From: Octopus sinensis | Lineage: Eukaryota | Length of the DNA: 64,000 nt | Direction of reading: 5' to 3' | Assembly (NCBI RefSeq): GCF_006345805.1 | Contig: NC_043003.1 | Location: 34,472,001 to 34,536,000, forward strand | In this document: piece by piece, positions 13,452 to 25,577 of the stretch | Position numbering within the stretch: position 1 is the stretch's first letter | Layout of the letters: each line of letters starts with the position of its first letter | The notes under the pieces: model-generated | What the model saw: only the letters and a program-made list of their open reading frames with translations | Databases searched by the model: none | What the model was told of the DNA's origin: nothing | Position numbers and translations under genes: made by a program

Positions 13452-13953
13452 TCTAAGTACGCCATATAATCCCTCAGAACATTTTTTTAGATTTTTCGAA
13501 TTTTCAGAAGTTTTTGCGAATTTGTATTCTGCACACAGGAATTCACACGATCATGGAATAAAAAAAAGAATTTTTAACATTTTTCAAATTAAAAAAAAAA
13601 ATTTTTTTGGTTAATTTTCTTTTTCTTTTTATTTTGAATTTTTCTTTTTAAATCACAAAGGACAATCCGAAATTTTGGCTTAAATCTAAGCAATAGACCA
13701 CTGAATGCGTTTACAGAAAGACATATTTTGAAAAACATCAATGCTTCAACTGACAAGCAAACGAGGAGGGTTTGAGGTGGTTGTAAGGTGTGCTAAAGAT
13801 AACAGCTAAATAGCCCTTAAATAACGCATCAAATCTTTTTTTGGTTTTTGCATAATTGTATGAATACCTGTGTGTAGAACACAAATCGCAAATAATTTTT
13901 GAAAATTTGAAGAAACAAAAACGTTATGTGGGGTTATATGTCATACGTAAAGA
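13452..13953. mobile_element. MITE-like element with ~115 bp imperfect terminal inverted repeats
   Basis: 13452-13569 (gtacgccatataatccctcagaaca..tttgcgaatttgtattctgcacacaggaattcacacgatcatg) aligns with the reverse complement of 13833-13953 (gtatgacatataaccccacataacg..tttgcgatttgtgttctacacacaggtattcatacaattatg). Confidence 0.75.
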
Positions 13954-14214
13954 AGAATTTCGCCAAAACAACATGCTCTATACAGATTACCTTAGAACAT
14001 GTGTTTGAAAATTTGAACAACAGAAGCACTTAACACGATACACACAATAAAAAAACGTTTTCCCAAAAGGTTCCGGTCTATCTGGTTCTCAAAAAGTTTT
14101 TAAGAAGTTAATAGCATTTTACAAAATTCCTCTTTAAACTGAATCAAATATAATACTTTTTGCAAAACCTTTGGATGTTTATATCTATATACATATAATA
14201 GATAATTGTATGAG

Positions 14215-14327
14215 TTATTACACATAAATGCTCACACTAGGACAAAGTCTTACTACAAATTATAAATCATGAGTTTATGATTAGTATATAGTATGACTTT
14301 GTCCCTCCAAGGCATTATGTGTAATAA
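14215..14327. repeat. Imperfect palindrome (foldback), ~50 bp arms
   Basis: ttattacacataaatgc..ggacaaagtcttacta..aatcat pairs with atgatt..tagtatgactttgtcc..gcattatgtgtaataa. Confidence 0.75.
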
Positions 14328-14434
14328 TGCCCTCTATACAATGTATATTGTTCAAAATTATCGATTCTTTACGAGGTCAAAAGATTAATAAGATCCCTTA
14401 TTATATCCTTAATTGTTACATAATGATATATATA

Positions 14435-14647
14435 GAGAGAGTGGTTGTCTACTGTCAACTTAATGTGACAGTCCCGTAAGGGAATTGCTCCACCGCTGTT
14501 TATCGACTCCCCTTCGTAAATATATAAGGACACAGGAAATGTGTCAAGGCCGACAGGAAGCGTCGATGCTTCCTAGGGCTAAACAGCGGTGGTGCAATTC
14601 CCTTACAGGACTGTCACGTTAAGTTGACAGTAGACAACAACTCTATC
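14435..14647. mobile_element. Foldback/MITE: 68 bp inverted arms, 77 bp spacer
   Basis: 14435-14502 matches the reverse complement of 14580-14647 with about 5 mismatches (gttgtctactgtcaacttaatgtgacagtcccgtaagggaattgctccaccgctgttta). Confidence 0.88.
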
Positions 14648-14694
14648 GGTCCACCACCGTACATATCTCTATGAGATATTTAGAAATCTAATAT

Positions 14695-14778
<84 letters not shown>

Positions 14779-14779
14779 T

Positions 14780-14975
14780 CTATTGACAGCAGCCATGCTG
14801 GAGCACCACCTTAAAGGATTTTTAGTCGAAGAAGTCTACCCCAGGACTTATTCTTTGTAAGCCTATTACTTATTCTATCGGGTTCTTTTGTCGAATCGCT
14901 AAGTTACAAGGACGTAAACACACCAACATCGGTTGTCAAGCTATGAGGTGGGGTCAAACGCAGACACAAAGTAAC
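14780..14975 (-). mobile_element. Partial SINE family B (3' half)
   Basis: gcagccatgctggagcacc..ccaggacttattctttgtaagcc..gctaagttac..gacgtaaacacaccaacatcggttgtcaag matches the family B 3' region. Confidence 0.8.
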
Positions 14976-15327
14976 ACTCAGAAATATATGCATGTGTGTG
15001 TGTGTGCATGTGTGTGTGTGTGCATGTGTGTGTGTGCCTATAATAATAAGCTGTACATGGTCTAGTGGTTAAAAGTGTTTCACTCATGATCACTATCAGA
15101 AATGTAGTGAACCTATGACTGGCAACTTGGAGTTCAAATCTCTGTGGGACTGACATTAACTTCCCTTTTCCTTTAAACATATCATAAGCATTAGTTATGT
15201 GTTGAGATTAATTAGATCAATCCCACTCTTTCTATAAAATGCATTGCTTTGTGACTATGTGAGAAACCATGATAATAATCATTATTATTACAGTAGTTTG
15301 GATGTTTTATGTGGATCACTGAGTGGT

Positions 15328-16439
15328 CACCATTTACTCAAGATGGTCTAAATGACTTGTGATGGGATCTCTATTTAACCAAAGAGAAAGTGAGTTTCTG
15401 GCATCAAGGCTTCAAGAACGTATTCCCTCATGAGAAAGGAGTGAAGTTAACACTGTATATAAAACGTACAGAGGATCTGTTTGCATTATTCACCATGAAG
15501 GATGACTTATGCTTTTGTAATGACATCACTGACCTTTTTGTACAACTGGAAATACCATATGATAAAACCAACTGGCGACTTTTCATAGATGCATCCAAGG
15601 ACAGCATCAAAGTTGTTCTGCTACACAATGGTAACACTCTGCCTTCTGTTCCCTTTGCTTATAGCACAACCATGAAAGAATCATATGAAAATCTGAAAGC
15701 AATTCTAACAAGCATATATTATTATGACCATACCTGGCATATTTGTGCAGATTTTAAGGTTGTGGCCATGGTTACGACCTTCAGCTTGGCTATACTAATT
15801 TTTGCTGCTTCCTGTGCTTATGATTGGCCGATCCGAGATGAAATTGAGTAAGGAAAACACATCATGCACAAACCACTTGTGAAAAGTGATAGAATATTTT
15901 TTTTACCACCTTTGCATATTAAACTTGGTTTGTTTAAGCAATTTGTGAAAGCCTTGGGCAAAGAATCCTCCGCTTTTCCATATCTTGCAGAAAAGTTCCC
16001 TTCCTTGAGTCAAGCTAAAATTAAAGGCGATTTCTTCATAGGACCCCAAATTCGAAAAATTGTACTTGAAACCTCCATCACACATCTTAAGAGAAAAGAG
16101 AAGCTTGCATTTGAGTCATTCAAGAAAGTTTGCGATAACTTCCTGGGCAACCATCGTTCAGAAGACTAAGTGCAAGTTGCGAATGATCTGCCGAGTCATT
16201 ATCATATGGAATGTAACATGTCCCTAAAAGTTCATGTACTTCAGTCTCATTTGGATTTTTTTGCGGAAAATCTTGGTGATGTGAGTGATGAACATGGCGA
16301 AAGATTCCATCAGGATATTTCAGTGATGGAGCGACGATTCAAAGGAAAATGGAACCCTGGCATGTTGGCAGACTACTGCTGGGTTATAAAAAAAGATCAC
16401 ACTCCGCATAAGAGGCTTAGAAGGACAAAAGTTATTTAA
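15328..16439 (+). pseudogene. Decayed DDE transposase, Chapaev3-like (CMC group), 5'-truncated
   Basis: Consecutive frames give TQDGLNDL..DLYLTKEK.EFLASRLQE, WRLFIDASKDSIKVVLLHNGNTLPSVP, WHICADFKVV, LPPLHIKLGLFKQFVKAL, IGPQIR, NFLGNH, CNMSLKVHVLQSHLDFFAENLGDVSDEHGERFHQDISVMERRFKGKWNPGMLADYCW. Frameshifts and stops are present. The family name comes from motif recognition. Confidence 0.85.
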
Positions 16440-16714
16440 ACTAACAGGTGTGGTTTTAATTCATAACCAATATATGCTTTGTTATACAAACTAAATTTTT
16501 GTTTTGTTTTTTGTAACTTTCAGTATTTGCAATGTTGTGTTCAATACGCAATATTGTGCAGTATATTATAAAACATATGGTTCATGGTACAGGAAAACGG
16601 TGCCTAATCTGGAGAAATAAAGGTCAGAATCAGAATCAGGACAATTTTTTGATTCCGAAACATGTCTTGCTTAACTTGAACTTCTTTTTTGAACCTGACA
16701 TTTTTTGCACAGTG
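16440..16714 (+). mobile_element. 3' non-coding end and right terminus of the Chapaev3-like transposon
   Basis: Ends ...gaacctgacattttttgcacagtg (CAGTG at 16710-16714), the CAC..GTG-type terminus expected for Chapaev/Transib/CACTA relatives. No matching left TIR found. Confidence 0.65.
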
Positions 16715-16821
16715 ATATCAAAGAATGTTTGGCTATTTCGTGATTGTAAGTTTGAAATACACGCACATAAATACAAACACGCACACGCGCGCTCACGCAC
16801 ATACCCATTTATCCAGGAGCA

Positions 16822-16883
<62 letters not shown>

Positions 16884-16999
16884 ATGACTGAAACTGTGCT
16901 CATGTCACAGCTGTTACGCAGATACATTACTAAATTGAAACATATGCACACTTCAATAGAGAAACAAACACAAAGAGAGAGTGAGAGAGAGATAGAGCG

Positions 17000-17154
17000 A
17001 GAGAGTGTATATATATATATATATATATAAGACACTTACATATAAATGTATGCAAATATACATATATCCTTCTATCTATCTATCTATCCTCTATCTATCT
17101 ATTTATGTATCTACCTACCTACCTATATATAAACCACATGCATGTGTGCGTGTA

Positions 17155-17190
<36 letters not shown>

Positions 17191-17351
17191 CATACTATAT
17201 TCATACACGCATGTGGTTTTAGATAGGTAGGTAGGTAGATACATAAATAGATAGATAGATGGATAGATAGATAGATAGAAGGATATGTATATATTTGCAT
17301 ACATTTATATGTAAGTGTCTTATATATTATATATATATATATATATATACA

Positions 17352-17370
<19 letters not shown>
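17000..17370. repeat. Inverted duplication (palindrome) of local microsatellite-rich sequence centred on (TA)n
   Basis: 17030-17157 (agacacttacatataaatgtatgcaaata..ccttctatc..atttatgtatctacctacctacc..aaaccacatgc..gcgtgtatga) is mirrored at 17201-17320, and the symmetry continues through the flanking (TA)n and (GA)n/(TC)n. Confidence 0.9.
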
Positions 17371-17395
<25 letters not shown>

Positions 17396-17397
17396 CA

Positions 17398-17544
17398 CTA
17401 AGAGCACTAGTGAGCTCCAGTATTGCTAGAAATAAGAGCCCAAACAATTCATAGCCACGAAAAGCATTTATCTTATCCTCCTTGTGGCTGTGAGTTGTTT
17501 TGACTCTTATTTCTAGCAATACTGGTACTGACTAGTGCCCTTAG
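17398..17544. repeat. Long hairpin/foldback, ~63 bp arms, ~21 nt loop
   Basis: ctaagagcactagtgagctccagtattgctagaaataagagcccaaacaattcatagccacga vs reverse complement of the right arm, ctaagggcactagtcagtaccagtattgctagaaataagagtcaaaacaactcacagccacaa. Confidence 0.88.
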
Positions 17545-18091
17545 TCACTTTAGTGACATTTACATATCTGTCTTTCAGTTGTAAATTGCGAATAAGCAAT
17601 TTTTATTATATGTATGTGTGTGTGTGTCTATCCATGTGTGTGTTTTTGTATCTATGTGTGTTTGTATGTGAGTCTGTTTTTGTATATTTTGACTGACCTA
17701 TTTAGACTGATATGTACAATAGATAGAATTATATTTGTGCCCGTTTATTTGTCTCTGCTTGTCTCTATGTCCATTTGCTTCTGCCTGCTTATGTTACTTA
17801 TATAGCTAACATAAGTTAGCATATTACATGTACACCGTTCTCCTATTAGATCGCAACAGATGTATGAAATTATAGGGACAATGGGAAAAAAATGTATAAG
17901 CCACAACTCTCCTTCTTATAACGCTTTGTATTTTCGTTCCGTGTAGACACCCCTTTAGACATCTTCGGCTTCCAAAAAAGCAATACCAACAATCTTAAGG
18001 GCAACGGTAGAAGTCTAGCCATGTACATAAACACAAGGTGTAATAACTGAAATGCTAAAGGACCAGACAAGTAAGATAGATGTCAATCACT

Positions 18092-18151
<60 letters not shown>

Positions 18152-18170
18152 AGAAGATAGACAGATAGAC

Positions 18171-18256
<86 letters not shown>

Positions 18257-18869
18257 GTAAAGATTTAGATATATACACATATAGCAGTTGGAGAAACTAG
18301 CACTCTTGAAACATGAATAGACACTTGAAATGCAAAAGTGGTGGTGAAGAACATTCCAAGAATTGCACTAGACTGCACAATATGTCTATACCAAAATACT
18401 GCTCCATACGTATTATTAACGAATGAACAAAAAAATGAATGACTTGTTAAGTCGTTTGGAAGATTAGAAACCGTAGAAATGAATTTTAACTTCTTTAGTT
18501 TGGAAATTGTTATCATTCAGAAGCACTGTGCATTTCTCACCAGAAGTTTTGAGTGAGTAGGAGTCTGTTTCAAGGTTTAGCACTTCCAAATACTTTTCCT
18601 TAGCACTACTATTGTCACTTACAATTCTTTCCACAGGCCAGATTTTTCTTCAAAACATCGATCTTGAAGAAATCAAGCTGGTTACAGACCACATCAGTTT
18701 CATCAGATGGTAAGAGCCTCAAAACTATAAAGGATGTAAGACATACAACAACTTCGGAATATAATATATTGCATGATATTCTCCTTATAGCGGAACATTC
18801 GTCTTTCAGTTTTTGCTTAGCCTCTCCTGATATATAATATCACTGTAGTACATTGCATAAATTATAAAG

Positions 18870-19210
18870 AAGTCCATGGTTATTTTAAGCGCAGTATTCA
18901 CTGTTCTAATACAGCATCCATATATATTCGTTTGGTTTGTTGTATGTCTCCACCGTCCTGTTTTTGTTACCAACTTTGATCCTCCGCAAATCCAAAATTT
19001 TATTTTGGTTCGCAGGAGCAAATATTTTTCGAAAACTCATATTGCCGTTGATTACTCGAAATGTGGAGCCGATGAACAACCGACAACAGATGAAAGGTCG
19101 TTCTTTATGTTACTTGTCTTGGTTTTCCATTTATTTCTCTCGTTGTTCGCATGCCTAAGTTTGCCTTCGTATTTCATGTTGTTTACATTTTACGACGTCC
19201 TGTACCCATA
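18870..19210 (+). repeat. Repeat abutting TA-rich tracts, related to 52195-52440 and possibly 47260-47610 (possible Penelope-type LTR remnant)
   Basis: Shared layout 'tcgaaa..cgacaRc(t/a)gatgaa.gg..ttct/cttRtg..tgtc' and shared end 'gaYgtcctgtac' before (TA)n. Confidence 0.45.
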
Positions 19211-19926
19211 TACGCATATATATATACACATATATATATGTAAGTATGTACATATATGTATGTATATATGCATATATACATTATATATATATATATTATA
19301 ATATATATATATACATAATATATATATTATATATATATGTGTGTGTGTGTGGTGTGTGTGTGTGTGGTGTGTGTGTTGTGTGTGTGTGTGTGTGTGTATG
19401 TATATAAATATATATATATATTGAATATATATGTGAAACTGCATCTTGTGATAAACTTCGCTTTTCAATCTTCTAGGGTCAATAAAAGGAAGTACCAGTC
19501 AAATATTGGAGTTGATGTCAATTAAGTAGCTCAAAACGTTTGGCCTTGGGTCTGAATTAGAAATATTTATTAAATATTTAAAAAAAAAGGAACAAGCATA
19601 TTAAATAAATTCCTTGAAATACACATTTTCGCCGTCCACGAGTAACCACTAGCACCATAGTAAAACCAGAGGCACGATTACTCCTGAGGGGATGGATTTT
19701 TTTTTCTTTTGGCGATATCATTATTGTTAATTGTACTTGCTGTTGTAAGTGTCCATCTTTTGCAAATGTTACTAGATTGAGAGAGGATGGAACTAGAAGT
19801 GCCATTTTAATTATTACGGATGGCATTTATTGATGCTGAGGAAAGGGTGCATCACTAGCGTTAGATATTTTATCCATTCAGTTCCGAGTTGACCTAGATC
19901 GAACAAAGTCATTTCATTTATATCCT

Positions 19927-20335
19927 ATATCTTTACTACCCACAAGGGGCTAAACAAAGAGAGGACAAACAAGGACAGACAAACGGATAAAGTCGATTGT
20001 ATCGACCCCAGTGCGTAACTGGTACTTATTTAATCGACCCCGAAAGGATGAAAGGCAAAGTCGACCTCGGTGGAATTTGAACTCAGACGTAACGGCAGAC
20101 GAAATACCTATTTCTTTATTGCCCACAAGGGGCTAAACATAGAGGGTACAAACAAGGACAGACATAGGTATTAAGTCGATTACACCGACCCAGTGCGAAA
20201 CTGGTACTTATTTAATCGACCCCGAAAGGATGAAAGGCAAAGTCTACCTCGGCGGAATTTGAACTCAGAACGTAACGGCAGACGAAATACGGCTACGCAT
20301 TTCGCCCGGCATGCTACCGTTTCTGCCAGCTCGCC
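19927..20335 (-). mobile_element. Tandem SINE family A: full copy (20109-20335) joined to a 5'-truncated copy (19927-20108)
   Basis: Two consecutive family A bodies; the minus-strand junction is ...aataaagaaata|ggtatttcgtctgccg. Confidence 0.9.
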
Positions 20336-20947
20336 ATCCCATTTACATTACTTTTTTACTTTTCACTTTATGCACATTGTGAACATAAGTTATTCCACAT
20401 TTCCTTTCTATTTCACGCATTATTTGAAAACGGTTGAACGAAGAGCTCACTCACATAATCGAGTATGGGAATTTTACCGCTAGAGGTATTAGAAGTGTTA
20501 CTGTTGCTGTTTTTGCTACTGGTGTTGTTGTTAAAACCTAATTTAACTCTGATCATACAATCTATGAATGAGAGGTTTCCAACGACACCTACCCATGCTT
20601 CTATGGATATCTTGCTCTACATATCTCTATTTTTTTTTTATTACGATTGAGTGTGATTGGAGGAATATTTAGTTACTAATTCTAGTCGGTCGAATGACCA
20701 TATAGAGACCCTCCACTCATAGTGTAGCTGTCGCTGTTGCTTCTACACTAAAATGACGTCGGTTAATATCATGAAGGAGGTTTTTTTTTTTTTTATCTAT
20801 GGGAGGAGACACTAGTATTGGCCTGCCAGTTTGGGGTGATGGAAAAGTTGATAATGGCATTGGCGAAGCTGTGTAACATGATCTTCACTATTAGTAGCAA
20901 AGAAAACAAAATAAAATGTGTGTGTGTGTATGCGTGTCTGTGTGTGA

Positions 20948-20996
<49 letters not shown>

Positions 20997-21412
20997 AAGA
21001 GAGAAATGGGAGAACAATTTGAAAGAGTAGCGAGGGCGTGGAAAAGTTAGAAGGAAAGTGGAAAGTGAGTTGTGATGGTCTGAAGAAAAGAAAAGATGGA
21101 CGAACGATAAGAAATGCATTGCCAACAGCAATGATGACAGAACTCGGTGAAAGGGATTAAGAAGATCAGCGATAACAACACCGTTTAACATCAATGATTA
21201 TAACACTGATAAAAATGGAGATGATAGTTTTAACAACGATGTTATCACCACAACACTAATACCACCACCTCCGACGACGACAACAACAACACACAATCGT
21301 TATGACAAAAGGCGCCTTTACTCAACCGTTCAAGCTGCTTGAAATAGCGGCTAAATTTCCCACAAAATCCACTCTATCACCCCTATGAAACGACGGATGT
21401 ATTTCATTAAAG

Positions 21413-21451
<39 letters not shown>

Positions 21452-22291
21452 AGTAGTTGAATGAATTATCTTATTAAGGATAATTCGAAATATAACCGAT
21501 ACCTGGGTAGCAAATTCACATCAGAAAGAACACGGTTGAAGTTACGTCCCTAGGGCATAGACTACGTGCTTTCGTGCGGAAATAAATAAACATATTTTTA
21601 ATATTAATATAATATATATATATATATATAAGATGGGCTGGTCATGGCTGGAACGCCTTTGGAATAGCTTTTTTCGGTCATAGTTGAGATGGAGGCTAAA
21701 CCCCACAAGCAGCAACAGAATTATTTTTTATCATCACTATACTTTACACAATTCTTTACACAAGTCTGTCATACTTCAGACACTTCTTTTTTATGTGTCA
21801 ACTGCAGACTGCCATCTCAAGGTATCGCCAACTTAGCAATTAGGACATTTTTCTCAAGGCAGACCACGACATAAGATTAACGCATAGTTTTGTTGTTGCA
21901 AAATGATCTGAAAACAGGTTTTTCCTCATAAATCAACCTGCATCTTCTCGTCTTTAGCACCAGAATTATGAGTTCTACCTTTTTTTTTGCTTTTTATCCC
22001 CTTTTCTTTCTTTCTTCCCCCCTCTCTCTCTCTCTCTCTTTCTCTCCCTTTCTCTCATCATTTCCCCTTTTCTCTCATACACATATCATTTGTGACATAA
22101 ACATGCAAATCTAAGTTCTTTTTTCTTTTTCTCTTTTTTGATTATGTGTGAAGCGAAATGCTGCGAAATTCTTTTACGGTATCAGAGATTAACTGGTGTG
22201 CTAAACCGAAAGAGGAGCGTAAGCAGGTATTGTTCAGCTTCTACTATATTATCGCCAATATCTTATAACACTAGTGTTTTATATATATATA

Positions 22292-22676
22292 TCTTTTACT
22301 CTCTTTTACTTGTTTCAGTCATTTGACTGCGGCCATGCTGGAGCACCGCCTTTAGTCGAGGAAATCGACCCCAGGACTTATTCTTTGTAAGCCCAGTACT
22401 TAATCTATCGGTCGCTTTTTTGCCGAACCGCTAAGTTACGGGGATGTAAACACACCAACATCGAGGAGACACAAACATAGACACACAAACACACACACAT
22501 ATATACATATACATATATACGACAGGCTTCTTTCAGTTTCCGTCTACCAAATCCATTTTGGTCGACCCGAAGCTATAGTAGAAGACACTTGCCCGAGGTG
22601 CCACGCAGGAGGACTGAACCCGGAACCATGTGGTTGGTAAGCAAGCTACTTACCACTCAGCCACTCCTCCGCCTAT
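22292..22676 (-). mobile_element. tRNA-derived SINE family B (CORE-like domain, internal microsatellite, LINE-type 3' tail)
   Basis: Minus strand reads ataggcggaggagtggctgagtggtaag..ggttccgggttcagtcc..ggcacctcgggcaagtgtcttctactatagc (CORE-like)..ggcggtgctccagcatggccgcagtcaaatgactgaaacaagtaaaagag. Confidence 0.9.
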
Positions 22677-22820
22677 ATCTAATCTATCTACATATATATA
22701 TATATATTATATGTATACATACATACATATATATATATATACATACACATACATATATATATACATACCTACATATATATATATATTACATACACACCAT
22801 ATATATATATATATAATATA

Positions 22821-22860
<40 letters not shown>

Positions 22861-24134
22861 ATATATATATATTACGAGATTTGTAAGAGCAGAGAACATT
22901 TTGGAATGTGGTGCGTTTGAAATATCTTATAATGACAATGAGATATATGACTGAAGCAATTATCATTATCGTAATATTATGTATATCCGTATGTATTTAT
23001 GTGCGTTTGCATGCGTATGACAAGGCATGATTGAGCGCGCATTTGTAATCCAGTATCTGGAATTCTGAATGATACTAATAACTGCATAGTGCACGTTGAT
23101 GCAGTGGTATTCCCCAGTTATAGTTATAGCGACAAAGTAATGTCACGGCTCGACAAATAAATTGGATTGTCGAGTAGAAGATATCCTGCTAATACAAAAT
23201 GGAGAGGGTGTAGAAAAGAAATTGCCTAAAATATGAGAAAAGGTAAAGAATTGTCAGAGACACGATGAGATCAATGTGCAGTATTGCTAGTGCTAGTTAG
23301 GACGCCGTGGGTTCATAGCTAATGTTTTATTCGGCATAATGTTCTATTCGGCTAATACTGATAAAGGCTAATTTTCAACGAAGTGAAGAGAGAAACAAAA
23401 AATGCTTCATCAGAGATGTGGCAAAAAGCATGCGAGGGAATGACCACAGCTGAGAGCAAAGATTAAATTCTCTGCCAAGCGTAAATAAATAATCGTGGTT
23501 TACTAGTTACAGCTCCTGCAAGTTTTATTTAGTAATTACATCGTTAGAACGAAGTAAGAATCGCGCAGTAATTGAGCTGAAAGAACGAAAATTTTCACAG
23601 GCAGTATCACTTGCCCCACCCGACAAAATAAGGCGATAATTTTAAAACTGATGCAATACTTTACATTGTTTAATTAAATGAAGTAGCATGAAACGATTGT
23701 ACTACACTACCTTTGGATATCCTTGTTGCTTATTTTGATTATAATCACCCCATTTGATTTATATGGATACCAAATTCTGGTGCCTTTAACGTAAGTAACA
23801 TATTCATCTGAATCTAAATTTTGCTGAACTTATATATATATATACATACATACATGCATGCATGCATCCATCCAACCATGCATGCAGCCATCCGTCCATC
23901 CATCCATCCATACATACATACATACATACATACATACATACATACATACATGCATGCATGCATGCATGCATGCATACATACATACATACATACATACATA
24001 CATACATACATACATACATACATACCATCTGTCACTTTTGTGACCTCTATTAATTTTGGCATTAGATTTTAATTTCTAACAAGCCACCCTTTTAAATTTG
24101 TTATATATGTATATATATATATATATATTATATA

Positions 24135-24801
24135 CTAGCTGGGCCCCGTGCCGTCAAAAATGATGGCTAATTGTTGTATTTTTTATATATAAATAAGGTA
24201 CAAAACCAAGATTTTGTTTTAATAATTCTTTTATTACTAATTTTTTTTTAAAAAAAAATCTATCAGCAACTAACATCCTTTCACTGCGTGTTTCCTTCTA
24301 AAGAATTTTAATGTTTTCCTTTCTTCTTGTTCGACTTAAGGCCACATAAAGTTGGCCATGACTAAATACCAAACACAGAGAGTTGAAATGCTGTTTGATT
24401 TTTCTTTTCAGCGTTGAATATTAACCATCCCAATTCCACGCACACACACATACCCCCCTTTTATATACACACACACATATTCACACAGGGTTGAAACGCT
24501 GTTTGATTTATTTTTCAGCGTACAATTTTCATCATCCCACTACCAAGTATGACATCACCCCTTCCTTCCTTATTCATCTATTACTCCTTCCTTTCTCATT
24601 CATAAACACAAGAGTATTATTATAGTAGATTATCTCGGTAACCATGAGAGCTATAAAAAATACAAAGCCCAGCAACACTACTGGATCATTCTACACATCT
24701 GTATAATTTTTCGCACAATTCCACCCAGCCGTTTGACCGTGAATCCCAAGACAAGAAAATAAACAAGAAAGAATCACCCATGTCAAATTTATATGTATAG
24801 A
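24135..24801 (-). mobile_element. Complete non-autonomous Helitron (667 bp)
   Basis: On the minus strand it starts a|TCTATACATATAAA and ends with a subterminal hairpin (gccatca-tttt-tgacggc, 24150-24167) then CTAG|t. Internally it retains the Pif1-type helicase motif VFSHGQLYVALSRTRRKENIKIL* (24369-24298). Confidence 0.88.
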
Positions 24802-24803
24802 TA

Positions 24804-24835
<32 letters not shown>

Positions 24836-24934
24836 TGCATGTATGTATATATATGTATGTGTGTGCATAATATATATATCAGTTTTTACTCGTTTCACTC
24901 AATAGACAGCGGTTATGCTGAGGCACAGCCTTGA

Positions 24935-24986
24935 AGAATATGTCGAACGAATTGACATAAAGAATATGTCGAACGAATTGACATAA
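24935..24986 (+). repeat. Perfect 26 bp tandem duplication inside a diverged SINE B copy
   Basis: agaatatgtcgaacgaattgacataa occurs twice in tandem. Confidence 0.9.
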
Positions 24987-25082
24987 AGTTTTAAGCATCG
25001 TATTTACATTTTCTCTTTTGACGAGCCGCTAAGTTTCGTGTACACCAACACCTCTAGTTAAGCAATCACAAACACACACACA

Positions 25083-25180
<98 letters not shown>

Positions 25181-25214
25181 CTCTCTCTCTCTCTCTGTAT
25201 ATATGTATGTGTGC

Positions 25215-25253
<39 letters not shown>

Positions 25254-25281
25254 TGGGTGTGGGTGGGTGTGTTTGTGTATA

Positions 25282-25478
25282 CAGGGTGCATTTTTTGCTA
25301 ACTTTGTATAATCTTTGTTTCAGGAAATAATAATGAAAGACCCTCAGCTTACTAAAAGAAATGAAGAGACAAGATGTTATTGTGGTTATAAATGCTGAGG
25401 ATACCGATATAGAAATATCTCGGTTTTTAAAAATTGCCAGATCTTTCGTCTACAAAGTTTGTAAGGAGTTAGAGACAA
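25282..25478 (+). mobile_element. 5' fragment of a Tc1/mariner (maT-like) element: left TIR start plus N-terminal HTH
   Basis: TA|cagggtgc terminus; the ORF from 25361 reads MKRQDVIVVINAEDTDIEISRFLKIARSFVYKVCKELET, an HTH pattern (EIxRFLxxxRSxVxK). Confidence 0.7.
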
Positions 25479-25530
25479 ATATTTTATTACACCTTGTTAC
25501 ATACATGCATGCATATATAGCATACTATAT

Positions 25531-25572
<42 letters not shown>

Positions 25573-25577
25573 ATACA

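Noticed and set aside
16708-16714. Evidence for a RAG/V(D)J-like recombination system
   Set aside because: A single heptamer at a transposon end, with no paired 12/23 signals, no RAG2-like ORF, and a dead transposase.
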